A stretch of 64,000 bases of DNA from NCBI GenBank assembly GCA_016933335.1, contig JAFGBD010000011.1, forward strand, positions 50,946-114,945, read 5' to 3'. Below the pieces are notes generated by a model. It saw nothing but the letters and a program-made list of their open reading frames with translations. It ran no database searches and had not been told where the DNA came from. Source of the stretch: Bacteroidales bacterium. GTDB lineage: Bacteria > Bacteroidota > Bacteroidia > Bacteroidales > UBA10428. Position numbers and translations under genes: made by a program. Below, piece by piece: positions 19,332 through 29,826 of this stretch; position 1 is the first letter of the stretch, and every line of letters starts with the position of its first letter.

Positions 19332-20207
19332 ATGCACAGATCGGGGTTTGTAAATATCCTTGGTAATCCCAATGTCGGGAAATCTACCCTGATGAATGAA
19401 CTGGTAGGGGAAAAGGTTTCAATTATCACATCCAGGGCACAAACGACAAGGCACCGGATTCTTGGTATTGTTAACGGAGAAGATTTTCAGATTGTCTATT
19501 CTGATACACCGGGTATTATTAAACCAAAATACCGGCTGCAGGCTTTCATGATGAGATCTGTATCAACTGCTCTGACAGATGCGGACATTATCCTGTATGT
19601 AACAGATGTAGTGGAAAAGGCTGAAAAAAATGCTTTGTATCTTGATAAGATACGGAAGGCATCAATCCCTGTTATTGTTGCTGTTAACAAGTCTGATCTG
19701 GTTAACCGGGAAAAAACCGGTGTGATGACTGAAACCTGGAAACAGATTCTGCCACAGGCCGAAGTGATACCTGTATCTGCTTTGTATAAAACCAATCTCG
19801 GTTATCTTTTTGAAAGAATACTCCATTTTCTTCCTGAAGGTCCTCCATATTATCCCAAAGATGCGCTTACAGATAAATCACAACGCTTTTTTGTGTCTGA
19901 GATCATTCGCGAAAAGATTCTTAAAAACTATGAAAAAGAGATACCTTATTCTGTGTCGGTGGATGTTGAATCATTCAGAGAAGAAGATAATATCATCAGA
20001 ATCCGTTCTGTGATATATGTACTCAGGGATTCTCAAAAGGGAATCATTATCGGGCACCGGGGCCAGGCTCTGAAAAAAACCGGTACCCTTGCAAGAAAAG
20101 ATATTGAGGAATTTCTTGGCAAAAAGGTTTACCTTGAATTGTATGTAAAAGTCAGCAAAGACTGGCGGGATAAAGACAGGATGTTACAGGATTTTGGATA
20201 CAGGTGA
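19332..20207 (+). CDS. era: GTPase Era
   Basis: 291 aa. G1 GNPNVGKST, G3 DTPG, G4 NKSD, and a C-terminal KH domain. Confidence 0.95.
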   Translation: MHRSGFVNILGNPNVGKSTLMNELVGEKVSIITSRAQTTRHRILGIVNGEDFQIVYSDTPGIIKPKYRLQAFMMRSVSTALTDADIILYVTDVVEKAEKNALYLDKIRKASIPVIVAVNKSDLVNREKTGVMTETWKQILPQAEVIPVSALYKTNLGYLFERILHFLPEGPPYYPKDALTDKSQRFFVSEIIREKILKNYEKEIPYSVSVDVESFREEDNIIRIRSVIYVLRDSQKGIIIGHRGQALKKTGTLARKDIEEFLGKKVYLELYVKVSKDWRDKDRMLQDFGYR

Positions 20208-20275
20208 ATGGTTATGTTAATTTGCTGATACGGAAATCGGGACGGTAAAACCTGTTAATCCGGTATTTCTTACAG

Positions 20276-20317
20276 ACAAATCCGTAAACTTCAGATTTAT
20301 GGATTTGTGTATTTTTT
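20276..20317 (+). terminator. possible rho-independent terminator after era
   Basis: 8-bp stem acaaatcc (20276-20283) / ggatttgt (20301-20308) with a long 17-nt loop, followed by gtatttttt. Confidence 0.4.
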
Positions 20318-20435
20318 AACTGATTGAAATGTATATTAGTTTATCTGTCATGCAATATCATTTTGGAAAAATACCCGGATATTCAGACATTTGGATTCTG
20401 ATTCTTATTTTCTAAATTAATTTTCACGAACTGAG

Positions 20436-21740
20436 ATGCCAAATATTGTAGCCATAGTCGGCAGACCCAACGTCGGTAAATCAACACTGTTCAACCGCCT
20501 TACAGAAACCAGGGAAGCCATCGTGGATGAAACCAGCGGAGTAACGCGCGACAGGCATTATGGCAAGGTAATCTGGAATGGCGTTGAATTTTCTGTTATT
20601 GATACAGGAGGTTATGTAAACCGGTCAGATGATATTTTTGAAGAAGAGATCAGGAAACAGGTTCATCTTGCCATAGACGAATCGGATGTTATCCTGTTTC
20701 TTGTTGATATACAGAACGGCCTGACAGACCTGGATACAGCTGTTGCGGAAATCTTAAGAAAATCTGCCAAGAAAATATTTCTGGTAGTAAACAAAGTGGA
20801 TCATTTTGAGCTGCAATATGAAGCGAGCACCTTTTACAGTCTCGGACTTGGAGAACCGTATACCATTTCCTCCACCAACGGAAGCGGTACAGGCGATCTG
20901 CTTGATGCGGTTGTTGGCTCATTTTCGAAAACAGTATCTGAAGAAATCGCCGAACTGCCAAAATTTGCCATTATTGGCCGTCCCAACGTCGGTAAATCAT
21001 CCCTGCTCAATATTCTGATTGGCAAAGAACAAAATATAGTCACGCCGGTTCCCGGTACCACAAGAGATTCCATATTTACCAGGTATAAGAAGTATGGTTA
21101 TGATTTTTACCTTGTTGATACAGCAGGACTTCGGAAAAAAAGTAAAGTGTCTGACAATGTGGAATTTTACTCTGTCATGCGTTCCATCAGGGCAATTGAA
21201 AATTCGGATGTATGCCTTTTAATGATTGATGCAACAAGAGGAATTGAAGCCCAGGATTTAACCATCCTGAACCTGGTAAAGAAAAACAGGAAAGGCATTG
21301 TCATACTTATTAATAAGTGGGATCTGGTTGAAAAACAGCAAAACACAATGAAGGAATATACCAGGGCAATTAAAATGAGGATAGCTCCCTTTCAGGATGT
21401 CCCTGTCATATTTACTTCAGCGATCACAAAGCAACGTATCCACAAAGTGCTTGAAACAGCCTTGGAGATTTATGAAAACAGAAGAAAAAAAATCCCGACA
21501 TCAAGTCTGAATGAGGTCATGCTGGAAGCCGTCAGAAATCATCCCCCTCCGGGTTATAAAGGCAAATATATCAAGATCAAATATGTTACCCAGCTACCGA
21601 CCCATTCTCCGTCTTTTGCCTTTTTTTGCAACCTCCCGCAATATGTCAGGGAGCCCTATAAAAGATACCTTGAAAACAAGCTCAGGGAAAACTTTAATTT
21701 TACAGGGGTTCCTGTCCAGATTTTTATGAGAAAGAAGTAA
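20436..21740 (+). CDS. der: ribosome-biogenesis GTPase Der (EngA)
   Basis: 434 aa with two tandem GTPase domains (GRPNVGKST at residues ~9 and ~181; NKVD and NKWD) plus a KH-like C-terminus. Confidence 0.95.
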   Translation: MPNIVAIVGRPNVGKSTLFNRLTETREAIVDETSGVTRDRHYGKVIWNGVEFSVIDTGGYVNRSDDIFEEEIRKQVHLAIDESDVILFLVDIQNGLTDLDTAVAEILRKSAKKIFLVVNKVDHFELQYEASTFYSLGLGEPYTISSTNGSGTGDLLDAVVGSFSKTVSEEIAELPKFAIIGRPNVGKSSLLNILIGKEQNIVTPVPGTTRDSIFTRYKKYGYDFYLVDTAGLRKKSKVSDNVEFYSVMRSIRAIENSDVCLLMIDATRGIEAQDLTILNLVKKNRKGIVILINKWDLVEKQQNTMKEYTRAIKMRIAPFQDVPVIFTSAITKQRIHKVLETALEIYENRRKKIPTSSLNEVMLEAVRNHPPPGYKGKYIKIKYVTQLPTHSPSFAFFCNLPQYVREPYKRYLENKLRENFNFTGVPVQIFMRKK

Positions 21741-21834
21741 ATTTGCAGGCTGCATTATGAATGTGAAATGCAATCATTATGAAACCTCCGTGAGACCAAT
21801 AAACCAAGCGAATAAATAAAACAAATATATACGA

Positions 21835-22323
21835 GTGAAAAATCATACCATATCCCTGACAGTGATAGTTATACTGTTGATAGCATGTGAAGAAATCACC
21901 ACTGTCAACCCGGTACCTGTTATTGAATTTAAGGAATTCACATTAACCGAAGGAAAGGATACCCTTGGTAATGTTGTTTTTGAAGGCAAGCTGCTCTTTG
22001 GTTTCAGCGATGATGACGGAGCTGATCTCAGTAATACTCCTTACGGCGACACCATTTATTCAATCATTACAATACCTTACATCAAAAATCCTGATCATTC
22101 ATACGCTGAATCAGATTTTGACACCGTTAACAATTACCTGATTTATGATGAAGATATGAATATCAGTAAGGTCGGACAGAATAAAACCTTGCACGGAGAT
22201 ATTGAAATAACCAGGTATTACTTCCTCATACCGGCCGATACCATCCGTTATGAGTTTTATATCATTGACAAAGACAACAACCGGAGCAATGTTGAAGTGA
22301 CTTCAGATATCGGTTTCAGGTGA
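21835..22323 (+). CDS. hypothetical lipoprotein
   Basis: 162 aa with a GTG start. Lipobox-like VILLIAC follows a hydrophobic segment. No recognisable domain. Confidence 0.5.
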   Translation: MKNHTISLTVIVILLIACEEITTVNPVPVIEFKEFTLTEGKDTLGNVVFEGKLLFGFSDDDGADLSNTPYGDTIYSIITIPYIKNPDHSYAESDFDTVNNYLIYDEDMNISKVGQNKTLHGDIEITRYYFLIPADTIRYEFYIIDKDNNRSNVEVTSDIGFR

Positions 22324-22459
22324 TTGTTACAGGTTCAGCAGCTGCAGGCAGTCAATTCCCTCAAGCGATGCCAGGCTTCTAAAGGCATCCTCCCTGTTGT
22401 TTCGGCAGACAATCTTTTCAGTGCAGCACGCACCACAATTGGTTCTGCAGTTCAAATCG

Positions 22460-24457
22460 TTACTGTTGATTATAGTCTGTGCGTAATACCCTGAACTCCG
22501 TACGGCGATTGAGGAAGTGAGCCATTTCCTGCTGATCCTCGTCCTCCAGGCCGTTAATGTAGCTTTCTGTCAGTCTGGTATCCAGCGGCAAAAACGGGTA
22601 CAGATCATTGTCTTTCTTATCAACTATCTTGGGAACCGATTCACCATATCCTTTGGCTATAAGACGATCGCGCGCGATTCCCTTTTCAATCAGGTAATTC
22701 ACGACAGATTGCGCCCTTCTTTTCGAAAGATCAAGGTTATATTCATCGCTGGCCCTTGAATCGGTGTGCGATCCGAGCTCAATGGTAATATTGTCATTCT
22801 CGTTAAGGGTTTCAACAAGTTTATTCAGGCTTATAAGTGATTCAGGCCTCAGATCAGCTTTGTCCAGATCGAAAAATATATTTTCAACTTCAATGGGTTC
22901 ATCAATGGGAGTCAGGTATATTTCAGTTTTCAGTTCGGTGCTCTGAGTAAGTCCCTTGGTGGTTTCCCTCTCTTTGCCTTTTAAAAACTTATCCTTGGAT
23001 GCAATAAACACATAATCTGTTCCCGGCTTCAGCATCAATTTGAACTCTCCGTCCTTTGCGGTTGTGGTTTCAAATGTTATACCATCACTGCCGATTGTCT
23101 TGATGGTGGATCCCGGTATTACTTCATCGGTCTTTTCATTTTTAACAGTACCAATGATACTGAATTTAAGAGGAGGCAACAAGAAAGAAAAAATGTCGTC
23201 ATTCCCCCGGCCTTTGCGCGTTGAACTTAGGTAACCACTCTCCCTGTCATATTCAAATACAATCCCAAAATCATCTGATGACGTATTAATGGGGTATCTC
23301 ATATTCTCAACCTCCCATTCACCGGACTCATTTTTTCTTGCTTTGAAAATATCCAGTCCGCCCATTCCAATATGCCCGTCCGAGGAAAAATACAATGTCC
23401 CGTCAGCATGTAAAAAAGGAAATACCTCATTACCAGGTGTATTTATGTTATTTCCCAGATTAACCGGTTCACCCCATTTTGACGACTTATCCGACCTTGT
23501 GACCTTCCAGATATCTTTACTGTTCTTACCCTCGTAATCCTGAACACTGCCTTCCATATCCGAAACAAAATACAAGGTAAGTTCATCCTCTGATATTGCA
23601 GGATGTGCAATTACCATACTGTCAGAACCAATTCCAAGTGATTCTGCCTTCCCCCATTTTTCGCCTGTCCTGGTAGCCTTGTATATTTCGCAACCCATTG
23701 CCTTTCTTTTACTTACATTGCACCTTGTAAAGTACATGGTATTAAAGTCACTGCTGATCACCGGCGTGCCTTCTTCTGCTTCTGTATTGACAGGCTCTTC
23801 CAAAGGAACCGGTGTGCTCCATTTCCCCTTTCTGTCCATCACTGAAACAAATATGTCTGAAAAATTCTGACCTGTACCCCCATGTTCAGATTTCCCGGTT
23901 GTTTCATCCCTTGATGAAGTAAAATATACCTGGCGGTAGTCTTCACTTCCGAAAGCGGGACTGTAATCGCCGGATCTCGAATTAAAGAATCTCATCTCCT
24001 CAACTTCATAACCATTTGGAAACTCCAGCCATTCAAGCGCCAGGTCACAGGAGACAATACCATCGTTGCCCCGCGGATCACCAGGTACCAGTTCTTTATA
24101 AGCCCTGTACTGAATCTTCGCCTCTTCATATTTCTGATTCATTTTAAGTGCATCAGCATAATACAGAATTGCCATAGGATTGGGATAATTCTTTGCCAGA
24201 ACCTTTCCGTACCATAGTTCAGCCTGGGCAGGATTATTTGTCAGCCGGTAACATTCGGCAATATTAAATGCAATATCCAGCTTATCACTCTTGGCCATTG
24301 TTTTTTCATATGCATCTTTAAATTCATCAATTGCCATATAGTATTCCCCGGCTTCAAATGTTTCAAAAGCCCTTGCTGATTTTTTCGACTGTGTTAATCC
24401 GTCAACCGGATTTAGCAATATAATGATGAACAGAGCTGAACCGATTGTTAATTTCAT
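22460..24457 (-). CDS. PorE (PG1058)-like T9SS-associated OmpA-family protein (TPR + PD40 beta-propeller + CRD + OmpA_C)
   Basis: 665 aa. N-terminal TPR region. PD40/TolB-like repeats (VYFTSSRDE, TLYFVSDM, GTLYFSSDG). CarboxypepD_reg-like segment IIGTVKNEKTDEVIPGSTIKT. C-terminal OmpA peptidoglycan-binding domain (NIFFDLDKADL...GSHTDSRASDEYNLDLSKRRAQSV). This four-domain order and size match what is described for P. gingivalis PorE. Confidence 0.65.
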   Translation of the reverse strand: MKLTIGSALFIIILLNPVDGLTQSKKSARAFETFEAGEYYMAIDEFKDAYEKTMAKSDKLDIAFNIAECYRLTNNPAQAELWYGKVLAKNYPNPMAILYYADALKMNQKYEEAKIQYRAYKELVPGDPRGNDGIVSCDLALEWLEFPNGYEVEEMRFFNSRSGDYSPAFGSEDYRQVYFTSSRDETTGKSEHGGTGQNFSDIFVSVMDRKGKWSTPVPLEEPVNTEAEEGTPVISSDFNTMYFTRCNVSKRKAMGCEIYKATRTGEKWGKAESLGIGSDSMVIAHPAISEDELTLYFVSDMEGSVQDYEGKNSKDIWKVTRSDKSSKWGEPVNLGNNINTPGNEVFPFLHADGTLYFSSDGHIGMGGLDIFKARKNESGEWEVENMRYPINTSSDDFGIVFEYDRESGYLSSTRKGRGNDDIFSFLLPPLKFSIIGTVKNEKTDEVIPGSTIKTIGSDGITFETTTAKDGEFKLMLKPGTDYVFIASKDKFLKGKERETTKGLTQSTELKTEIYLTPIDEPIEVENIFFDLDKADLRPESLISLNKLVETLNENDNITIELGSHTDSRASDEYNLDLSKRRAQSVVNYLIEKGIARDRLIAKGYGESVPKIVDKKDNDLYPFLPLDTRLTESYINGLEDEDQQEMAHFLNRRTEFRVLRTDYNQQ

Positions 24458-24752
24458 TTCTCTTTGATTTTCGGTGACTTGTTATAAAAAAGAACGTATT
24501 TTTAATAACAATATTCTGTAATCATATTATTCACTTAATATCCCCGAAAACAGGTTTTTGCGACAATCCTGCTTTTTTCAGGCCGTATTAATCAATTCCC
24601 GGTGATATCAAATTGTGAGTAAAATTAATCCAAAAATATCTTAAACCCAGATTTGTCTTAAGGAAATATCAACATCCGATGATGTTTGCCTGTATCAGTC
24701 ACACGACAACCGGCAGCTGATCCGGCCCGGTATGATCCCTGAAACTGGTCTG

Positions 24753-26942
24753 TCACCTGTTAAACAAGATCTCCCTGTATTTTGGCAGCGGCCACATTTC
24801 ATCATCAACAATCAGCTCCAGTTTATCAACATGGTACCTGATTTCATCCAGAAATGGAAATACCGTATCAGCATAAGACACCGCTTTTTCACGTTCATCC
24901 TCGATCTTATTCGCAACCTTGCGGGCCTCAATCATCTTTTCCACCTTTGCCTTGATATGGCTGATATGCTCGCCTATTTCTTCGATGAGCTGAATCCTGC
25001 CAACTGCGAGATCTTTAAAATCTTTCTCACCGAAAACATCTTTCAGCCCCTTAACATTTTCAATAAGCAAGGTTTGATATTTAATAGCCGTCGGAACAAT
25101 ATGGTTTATTGCCAGATCACCGAGGACTCTTGACTCAATCTGGATCTTCTTGGTATAAGTATCCAGCCTCACATTATTTCTGGCAATTATTTCCCTTTCA
25201 GTCAGCACATCAAAGTCTGTAAACAGTTTAACTGATTTTTCTGTCAGATAAGCATCATATGCTTCAGGCACGCTGGAAACATTGGTTAAACCCCGTTTCA
25301 GAGCTTCTTTTTTCCATTCCTCGCTGTAGCTGTTACCTTCAAACCGCACCGGTTTTGAATCGGTAATATATTTTCTCAATACCTGGAATATGGCTTCATC
25401 TTTCTTAATATCCTTTTTGATTAACTTATCCACTTCCTTTTTAAAAGCAACCAGTTGTTCAGCCACTGCCGTGTTTAAGGTGGCCATGGCAGAAGCACAA
25501 TTTGCGGATGAGCCCACAGCCCTGAACTCAAATTTGTTACCTGTAAATGCGAAAGGCGAAGTCCGGTTTCTGTCGGTATTGTCCAGCAATATCTTAGGCA
25601 CTTTTATCACATTCAGTTTGAGTTCTGTTTTTTCATCAGGAGTCATTTTCTTACTGGATACGATCTCTTCCAGGTGGTCTAGCATCCTTGTCAGCTGTTT
25701 ACCTATAAAGACCGATATAATGGCAGGCGGTGCTTCATTGGCCCCAAGCCTGTGTGCATTACCTGGCGATGCAATGCTGGCCCTGAGCAAATCTGCATGT
25801 TTGTATACGGCTTTAACCGTATTGACCAAAAATGTCAGGAACTGCAGGTTTGTTTTCGGATTTTTGCCGGGAGCCAGCAAATTAGTCCCGGTGTTGGTTA
25901 AAAGTGACCAGTTGTTATGCTTGCCTGAGCCGTTGATATCCTTAAAGGGCTTTTCGTGGTGAAGCACCCTGAAATTATGATGTCTTGCCACCCTCTTCAT
26001 CATATCCATTAATAAAATATTGTGATCAACTGCCAGGTTACACTCTTCAAAAATCGGGGCACATTCATACTGGTTCGGTGCAACCTCATTGTGTTTGGTC
26101 TTAAGCGGTATTCCTAGCTTATAACATTCAATTTCTAGTTCACGCATAAAACATTCAACCCTCTCAGGAACAGAAGCAAAGTATTGATCCTCCAGCTGCT
26201 GGTCTTTTGAAGAAGCATGGCCCATAAGTGTGCGTTCGGTCAGGGCGAGATCAGGTCGGGCATTGTACAGTGCTTCATCAATCAGAAAATACTCCTGTTC
26301 CCAGCCAAGCGTTGCTATAACCTTGGTCACATCCTTGTCGAAATACTGGCACACATTCACTGCCGCCTTATCAACAGCATTCAGTGCCCTTAAAAGCGGT
26401 GTCTTATGATCAAGGGCTTCACCTGTGTAAGAGACAAAAATTGTCGGAATACTCAGTGTCTTGCCAACAATAAATGCCGGCGAGGAGGGGTCCCAGGCAG
26501 TATAGCCTCTGGCCTCAAATGTATTCCTTATTCCTCCGCTTGGAAAACTGGATGCATCCGGTTCCTGCTGCACTAACAGCTTGCCTGAGAACATTTCAAT
26601 AACACTGCCATTCTCCAGCAACTCAATAAAAGCATCATGCTTTTCGGCTGTGCCTTCTGTGAGAGGCTGAAACCAATGGGTATAGTGAGTGGCACCCATT
26701 TCAATGGCCCAGGCCTTCATCCCTGATGCCACCTGGTCCGCTATCTTTCTGTCAATGCTGCTGCCCTTTTCAATGGCTTCCATAACCTGCCCGAATGCCT
26801 CGGCTGTCAGGTACTTTTCCATTTTTAACCTGTCGAACACATTTATCCCGAAATAATCTGAGGTGAGCAGACCTGGTGGTTCAACACAGATAGGTTTTCT
26901 TCCGTATGCTTCCTTAAGTGCATTAAATCTGATTACTGCCAT
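24753..26942 (-). CDS. glnN: glutamine synthetase type III
   Basis: 729 aa, the characteristic GSIII length. N-terminus MAVIRFNALKEA...YFGINVF, and GS catalytic-region motifs such as KTKHNEVAPNQYE and NGSGKHNNWS. Confidence 0.9.
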   Translation of the reverse strand: MAVIRFNALKEAYGRKPICVEPPGLLTSDYFGINVFDRLKMEKYLTAEAFGQVMEAIEKGSSIDRKIADQVASGMKAWAIEMGATHYTHWFQPLTEGTAEKHDAFIELLENGSVIEMFSGKLLVQQEPDASSFPSGGIRNTFEARGYTAWDPSSPAFIVGKTLSIPTIFVSYTGEALDHKTPLLRALNAVDKAAVNVCQYFDKDVTKVIATLGWEQEYFLIDEALYNARPDLALTERTLMGHASSKDQQLEDQYFASVPERVECFMRELEIECYKLGIPLKTKHNEVAPNQYECAPIFEECNLAVDHNILLMDMMKRVARHHNFRVLHHEKPFKDINGSGKHNNWSLLTNTGTNLLAPGKNPKTNLQFLTFLVNTVKAVYKHADLLRASIASPGNAHRLGANEAPPAIISVFIGKQLTRMLDHLEEIVSSKKMTPDEKTELKLNVIKVPKILLDNTDRNRTSPFAFTGNKFEFRAVGSSANCASAMATLNTAVAEQLVAFKKEVDKLIKKDIKKDEAIFQVLRKYITDSKPVRFEGNSYSEEWKKEALKRGLTNVSSVPEAYDAYLTEKSVKLFTDFDVLTEREIIARNNVRLDTYTKKIQIESRVLGDLAINHIVPTAIKYQTLLIENVKGLKDVFGEKDFKDLAVGRIQLIEEIGEHISHIKAKVEKMIEARKVANKIEDEREKAVSYADTVFPFLDEIRYHVDKLELIVDDEMWPLPKYREILFNR

Positions 26943-26973
26943 AACATAAGTTTTAAATGATGATTATACAGCA

Positions 26974-26981
26974 CAAATATA
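26974..26981 (-). promoter_or_regulatory. -7 promoter box (TATATTTG) upstream of glnN
   Basis: TAnnTTTG match on the minus strand, ending 31 nt upstream of the glnN ATG. No clear -33 TTTG. Confidence 0.3.
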
Positions 26982-27341
26982 ATACTTTTATAATATACCC
27001 TTATTAAATTGTTATATAAAATTGATAAAAGGTATATTTTTTAACTTGAACCATATTTTATCAGGGGTATTGATGTCTGTTTTGTATTTTTTATTTTGTT
27101 TTGATTAAAATTGCACTGAATAAATTTCATATGAAACTTTCATGATCATATTTCCGGATACAAACCAGGTGTAAGGATTACCACAGGAACTGTCCCGGTA
27201 AATTAAATACCGTTGCTTATTCTGAAATCTGAAGCCATAAGCATAACCTGCCTGATAAACCTTTCAATTGCAGGCATGAGAACCGCTGTACTTGATACTG
27301 ATGATGAAACCTGTGCTGAGGTTCATTTACCGTGAAAACAG

Positions 27342-28703
27342 TCATGCACAGTAAAAACCATAAAAATGAGAAATGGTTTCAATACCTTTAAAAAAGACAT
27401 TCAATCTGAAATTTTCATTGGGCGAATGAATGGCATCCGATTCCAGTCCGAAACCCATCAGGATTGATTTCAGACCCAGTATTTTTTCAAATTCAGCAAT
27501 AATTGGTATGCTCCCCCCGCTTCTTACAGGTAAGGGCTTTTTCCGGAACACCTTTTCATAGGCCATGCTGGCCGCACGGTATGCATCGGAATTGACCGGT
27601 GCCATATAACCTGGTCCGCCATGCAGATATTTCACGGTAACATGAACGCCTTCAGGAGCAATCTGCGCAAGGTAGTTTTCAAACAACACCCTTATTTTTT
27701 CAGGATCCTGGTTAGGTACCAGGCGTGTTGATATTTTTGCATATGCATCGGCCGGAATGATTGTTTTTGTTCCTTCCCCTGTGTATCCTCCCCAAATTCC
27801 GTTGACATCAAGTGACGGTCTGATCCCTAACCTCTCAAGTGTCGTGTAGCCTTTTTCACCGGCTGTTCCGGTTATCCCGATGCTCTCCTTGAATTCCTCC
27901 AGCTTAAAAGGGGTCTTCTTCATTTCATTTCTTTCTGATTGAGGAATTTCCATCACGTCATCATAGAATCCTGGTATGTTAATCCTGTATTGCTCATCCG
28001 TAAGCCTGGTGATGATCCTGGCCAGCGCATTGGCCGGGTTTACAACCGCGCCCCCGTATAATCCTGAATGCAGCTCACGGTTAGGCCCTGACACCTTCAC
28101 CTCAAAATAGCAGATACCTCTTAATCCGACTGTTATTGAAGGCGTATCCTCATCAAGCATGGATGTGTCTGAAACAAGGATAATATCAGCAGAAAGCATT
28201 TCTTTGTTTTGGATACAAAATTTTTTGAGACTCTCCGAGCCAGTTTCTTCTTCCCCTTCGATCAGAAACCTGACATTGCATTGCAATGCCCGGCTTCTGA
28301 CAAGGTATTCAAAAGCTTTGACATGCATGTAAAGCTGTCCCTTGTCATCGTTTGCACCACGGGCATATATCCTGCCGTCTCTTATCTCCGGTTCAAAAGG
28401 CGGAGATTTCCATAAATCAAGAGGTTCTGCAGGCATCACATCATAATGTCCGTATATTAATATGGTTGGTTTGTCTTTCCGGATGGTTTTTTCACCATAT
28501 ACGACCGGATTGCCATCGGTTGAAACAATCCCTGCATGATCTGCCCCGGCCTGCAGGATAGCCTTTCGCACATATTCTGCGGCACTTAGCATATCTTTCT
28601 TATGTTTTGGTTCCGGACTTATTGATGGGATCCTTAAAAATCCGAAAAGCTCATCAAGAAAGCGTGTCTGATTTTCTTTGATATATGATTGAATATTGCT
28701 CAT
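27342..28703 (-). CDS. M20-family dipeptidase
   Basis: 453 aa. Motifs IYGHYDVMPAEPLDLWKSPPFEP and RGANDDKGQ, plus the metal-binding EGEEE cluster typical of M20 metallopeptidases. Confidence 0.8.
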   Translation of the reverse strand: MSNIQSYIKENQTRFLDELFGFLRIPSISPEPKHKKDMLSAAEYVRKAILQAGADHAGIVSTDGNPVVYGEKTIRKDKPTILIYGHYDVMPAEPLDLWKSPPFEPEIRDGRIYARGANDDKGQLYMHVKAFEYLVRSRALQCNVRFLIEGEEETGSESLKKFCIQNKEMLSADIILVSDTSMLDEDTPSITVGLRGICYFEVKVSGPNRELHSGLYGGAVVNPANALARIITRLTDEQYRINIPGFYDDVMEIPQSERNEMKKTPFKLEEFKESIGITGTAGEKGYTTLERLGIRPSLDVNGIWGGYTGEGTKTIIPADAYAKISTRLVPNQDPEKIRVLFENYLAQIAPEGVHVTVKYLHGGPGYMAPVNSDAYRAASMAYEKVFRKKPLPVRSGGSIPIIAEFEKILGLKSILMGFGLESDAIHSPNENFRLNVFFKGIETISHFYGFYCA

Positions 28704-28771
28704 ACTTGCATATTTTTTTATCTGTTAAACAGTATGGTATCGAAATCCAGGCATTGTAATTTCTGACTATT

Positions 28772-29350
28772 CTAACTGCTTTTCTCTGTTTTATATACTT
28801 CGGCAGCTTCACATAACTCACGAAACCATTCTTCTCCAAACCTTCTGATCAAAGCATCTCTGGTAAACATGAAAACAGGAATATTCTTTCTGTTACCTAA
28901 CAGGATGGCAGGTCTGCAGATGCTCCACTTATCATAATTGACTGCTGTAAAATCTTTGTACTTCCTGATCCTGACCGGATACAGATGACAGGATACCGGC
29001 TTGCAGAAATCTGTTTTTCCGTCTTCAAAAGCCTGTTCGATGCCGCATCGTGCAATGCCCTTTACAAATACCGTAAAAACACATTCCTTACCGTTATTAA
29101 GCTGGGTAACAGGCTCACCGTCAGCATCGACGTAATATATCCCTTTATTTTCGATAACCTTCCTGGCCTCAGGACGCAGATATTCTCTTATGTCATTATA
29201 AATTGCTTTTAACTTTTCCACTTCATCATCAAGCAAGGGAGCCCCGGAATCACCCAGCACGCAGCAGGCACCCCTGCATTTCTTCAGGTCACAGGTAAAT
29301 TTCTCCTCCAGCAAATCCAGGCTTATCAGGGTACCATTAATCTTTATCAT
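28772..29350 (-). CDS. DUF3109 family Cys-rich protein
   Basis: From ATG 29350: MIKINGTLISLDLLEEKFTCDLKKCRGACCVLGDSGAPL, the characteristic DUF3109 N-terminus. 192 aa. The 15 upstream codons in the track look like an over-extension. Confidence 0.7.
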   Translation of the reverse strand: MIKINGTLISLDLLEEKFTCDLKKCRGACCVLGDSGAPLLDDEVEKLKAIYNDIREYLRPEARKVIENKGIYYVDADGEPVTQLNNGKECVFTVFVKGIARCGIEQAFEDGKTDFCKPVSCHLYPVRIRKYKDFTAVNYDKWSICRPAILLGNRKNIPVFMFTRDALIRRFGEEWFRELCEAAEVYKTEKSS

Positions 29351-29406
29351 TCTGATTCGTATAACTTGGTAAAAATACTTTAATTTGCATAACAATAAAA
29401 TTCAAA

Positions 29407-29817
29407 ATGATGCCAAAAGCCACAGTCGGAGCCATTATTTACAGAAAAAACAGGCTTTCTCCGGAAATATTGCTGACAAAACGAAATATCAATCCTTTCA
29501 AAGATTACTGGTGCCTGCCCGGCGGGCATATCGAAGAGTTTGAGCCCGCAGAAAAATCCGTCATCCGAGAGGTAAAGGAAGAAACAGGTCTTGACTTCTC
29601 CCCGGATTTCCTTTGCTATCTGGATGAGATTTTCCCTGAAATGACATTACACAATGTCGTAATGATGTTTTACGGAAAGGCCACAAGCAGCCCAAAAGCC
29701 GATCCTCATGAAGTATCTGATATCGGGTGGTTCCCGCTGGAAGAAGCAATGAAGATGGACCTGGCCTTCAGGCATAATGCAGCCCTGGATATCTTTAAGA
29801 AGCGGGTTGCAGGGTAA
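29407..29817 (+). CDS. NUDIX hydrolase
   Basis: 136 aa. Nudix box GGHIEEFEPAEKSVIREVKEETGL. Confidence 0.85.
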   Translation: MMPKATVGAIIYRKNRLSPEILLTKRNINPFKDYWCLPGGHIEEFEPAEKSVIREVKEETGLDFSPDFLCYLDEIFPEMTLHNVVMMFYGKATSSPKADPHEVSDIGWFPLEEAMKMDLAFRHNAALDIFKKRVAG

Positions 29818-29826
29818 TATTGTTCG

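Noticed and set aside
25390-25962. 190-aa plus-strand ORF inside glnN
   Set aside because: It is antisense to a well-supported 729-aa GSIII gene. Its Ser/Leu-rich composition is typical of shadow frames.
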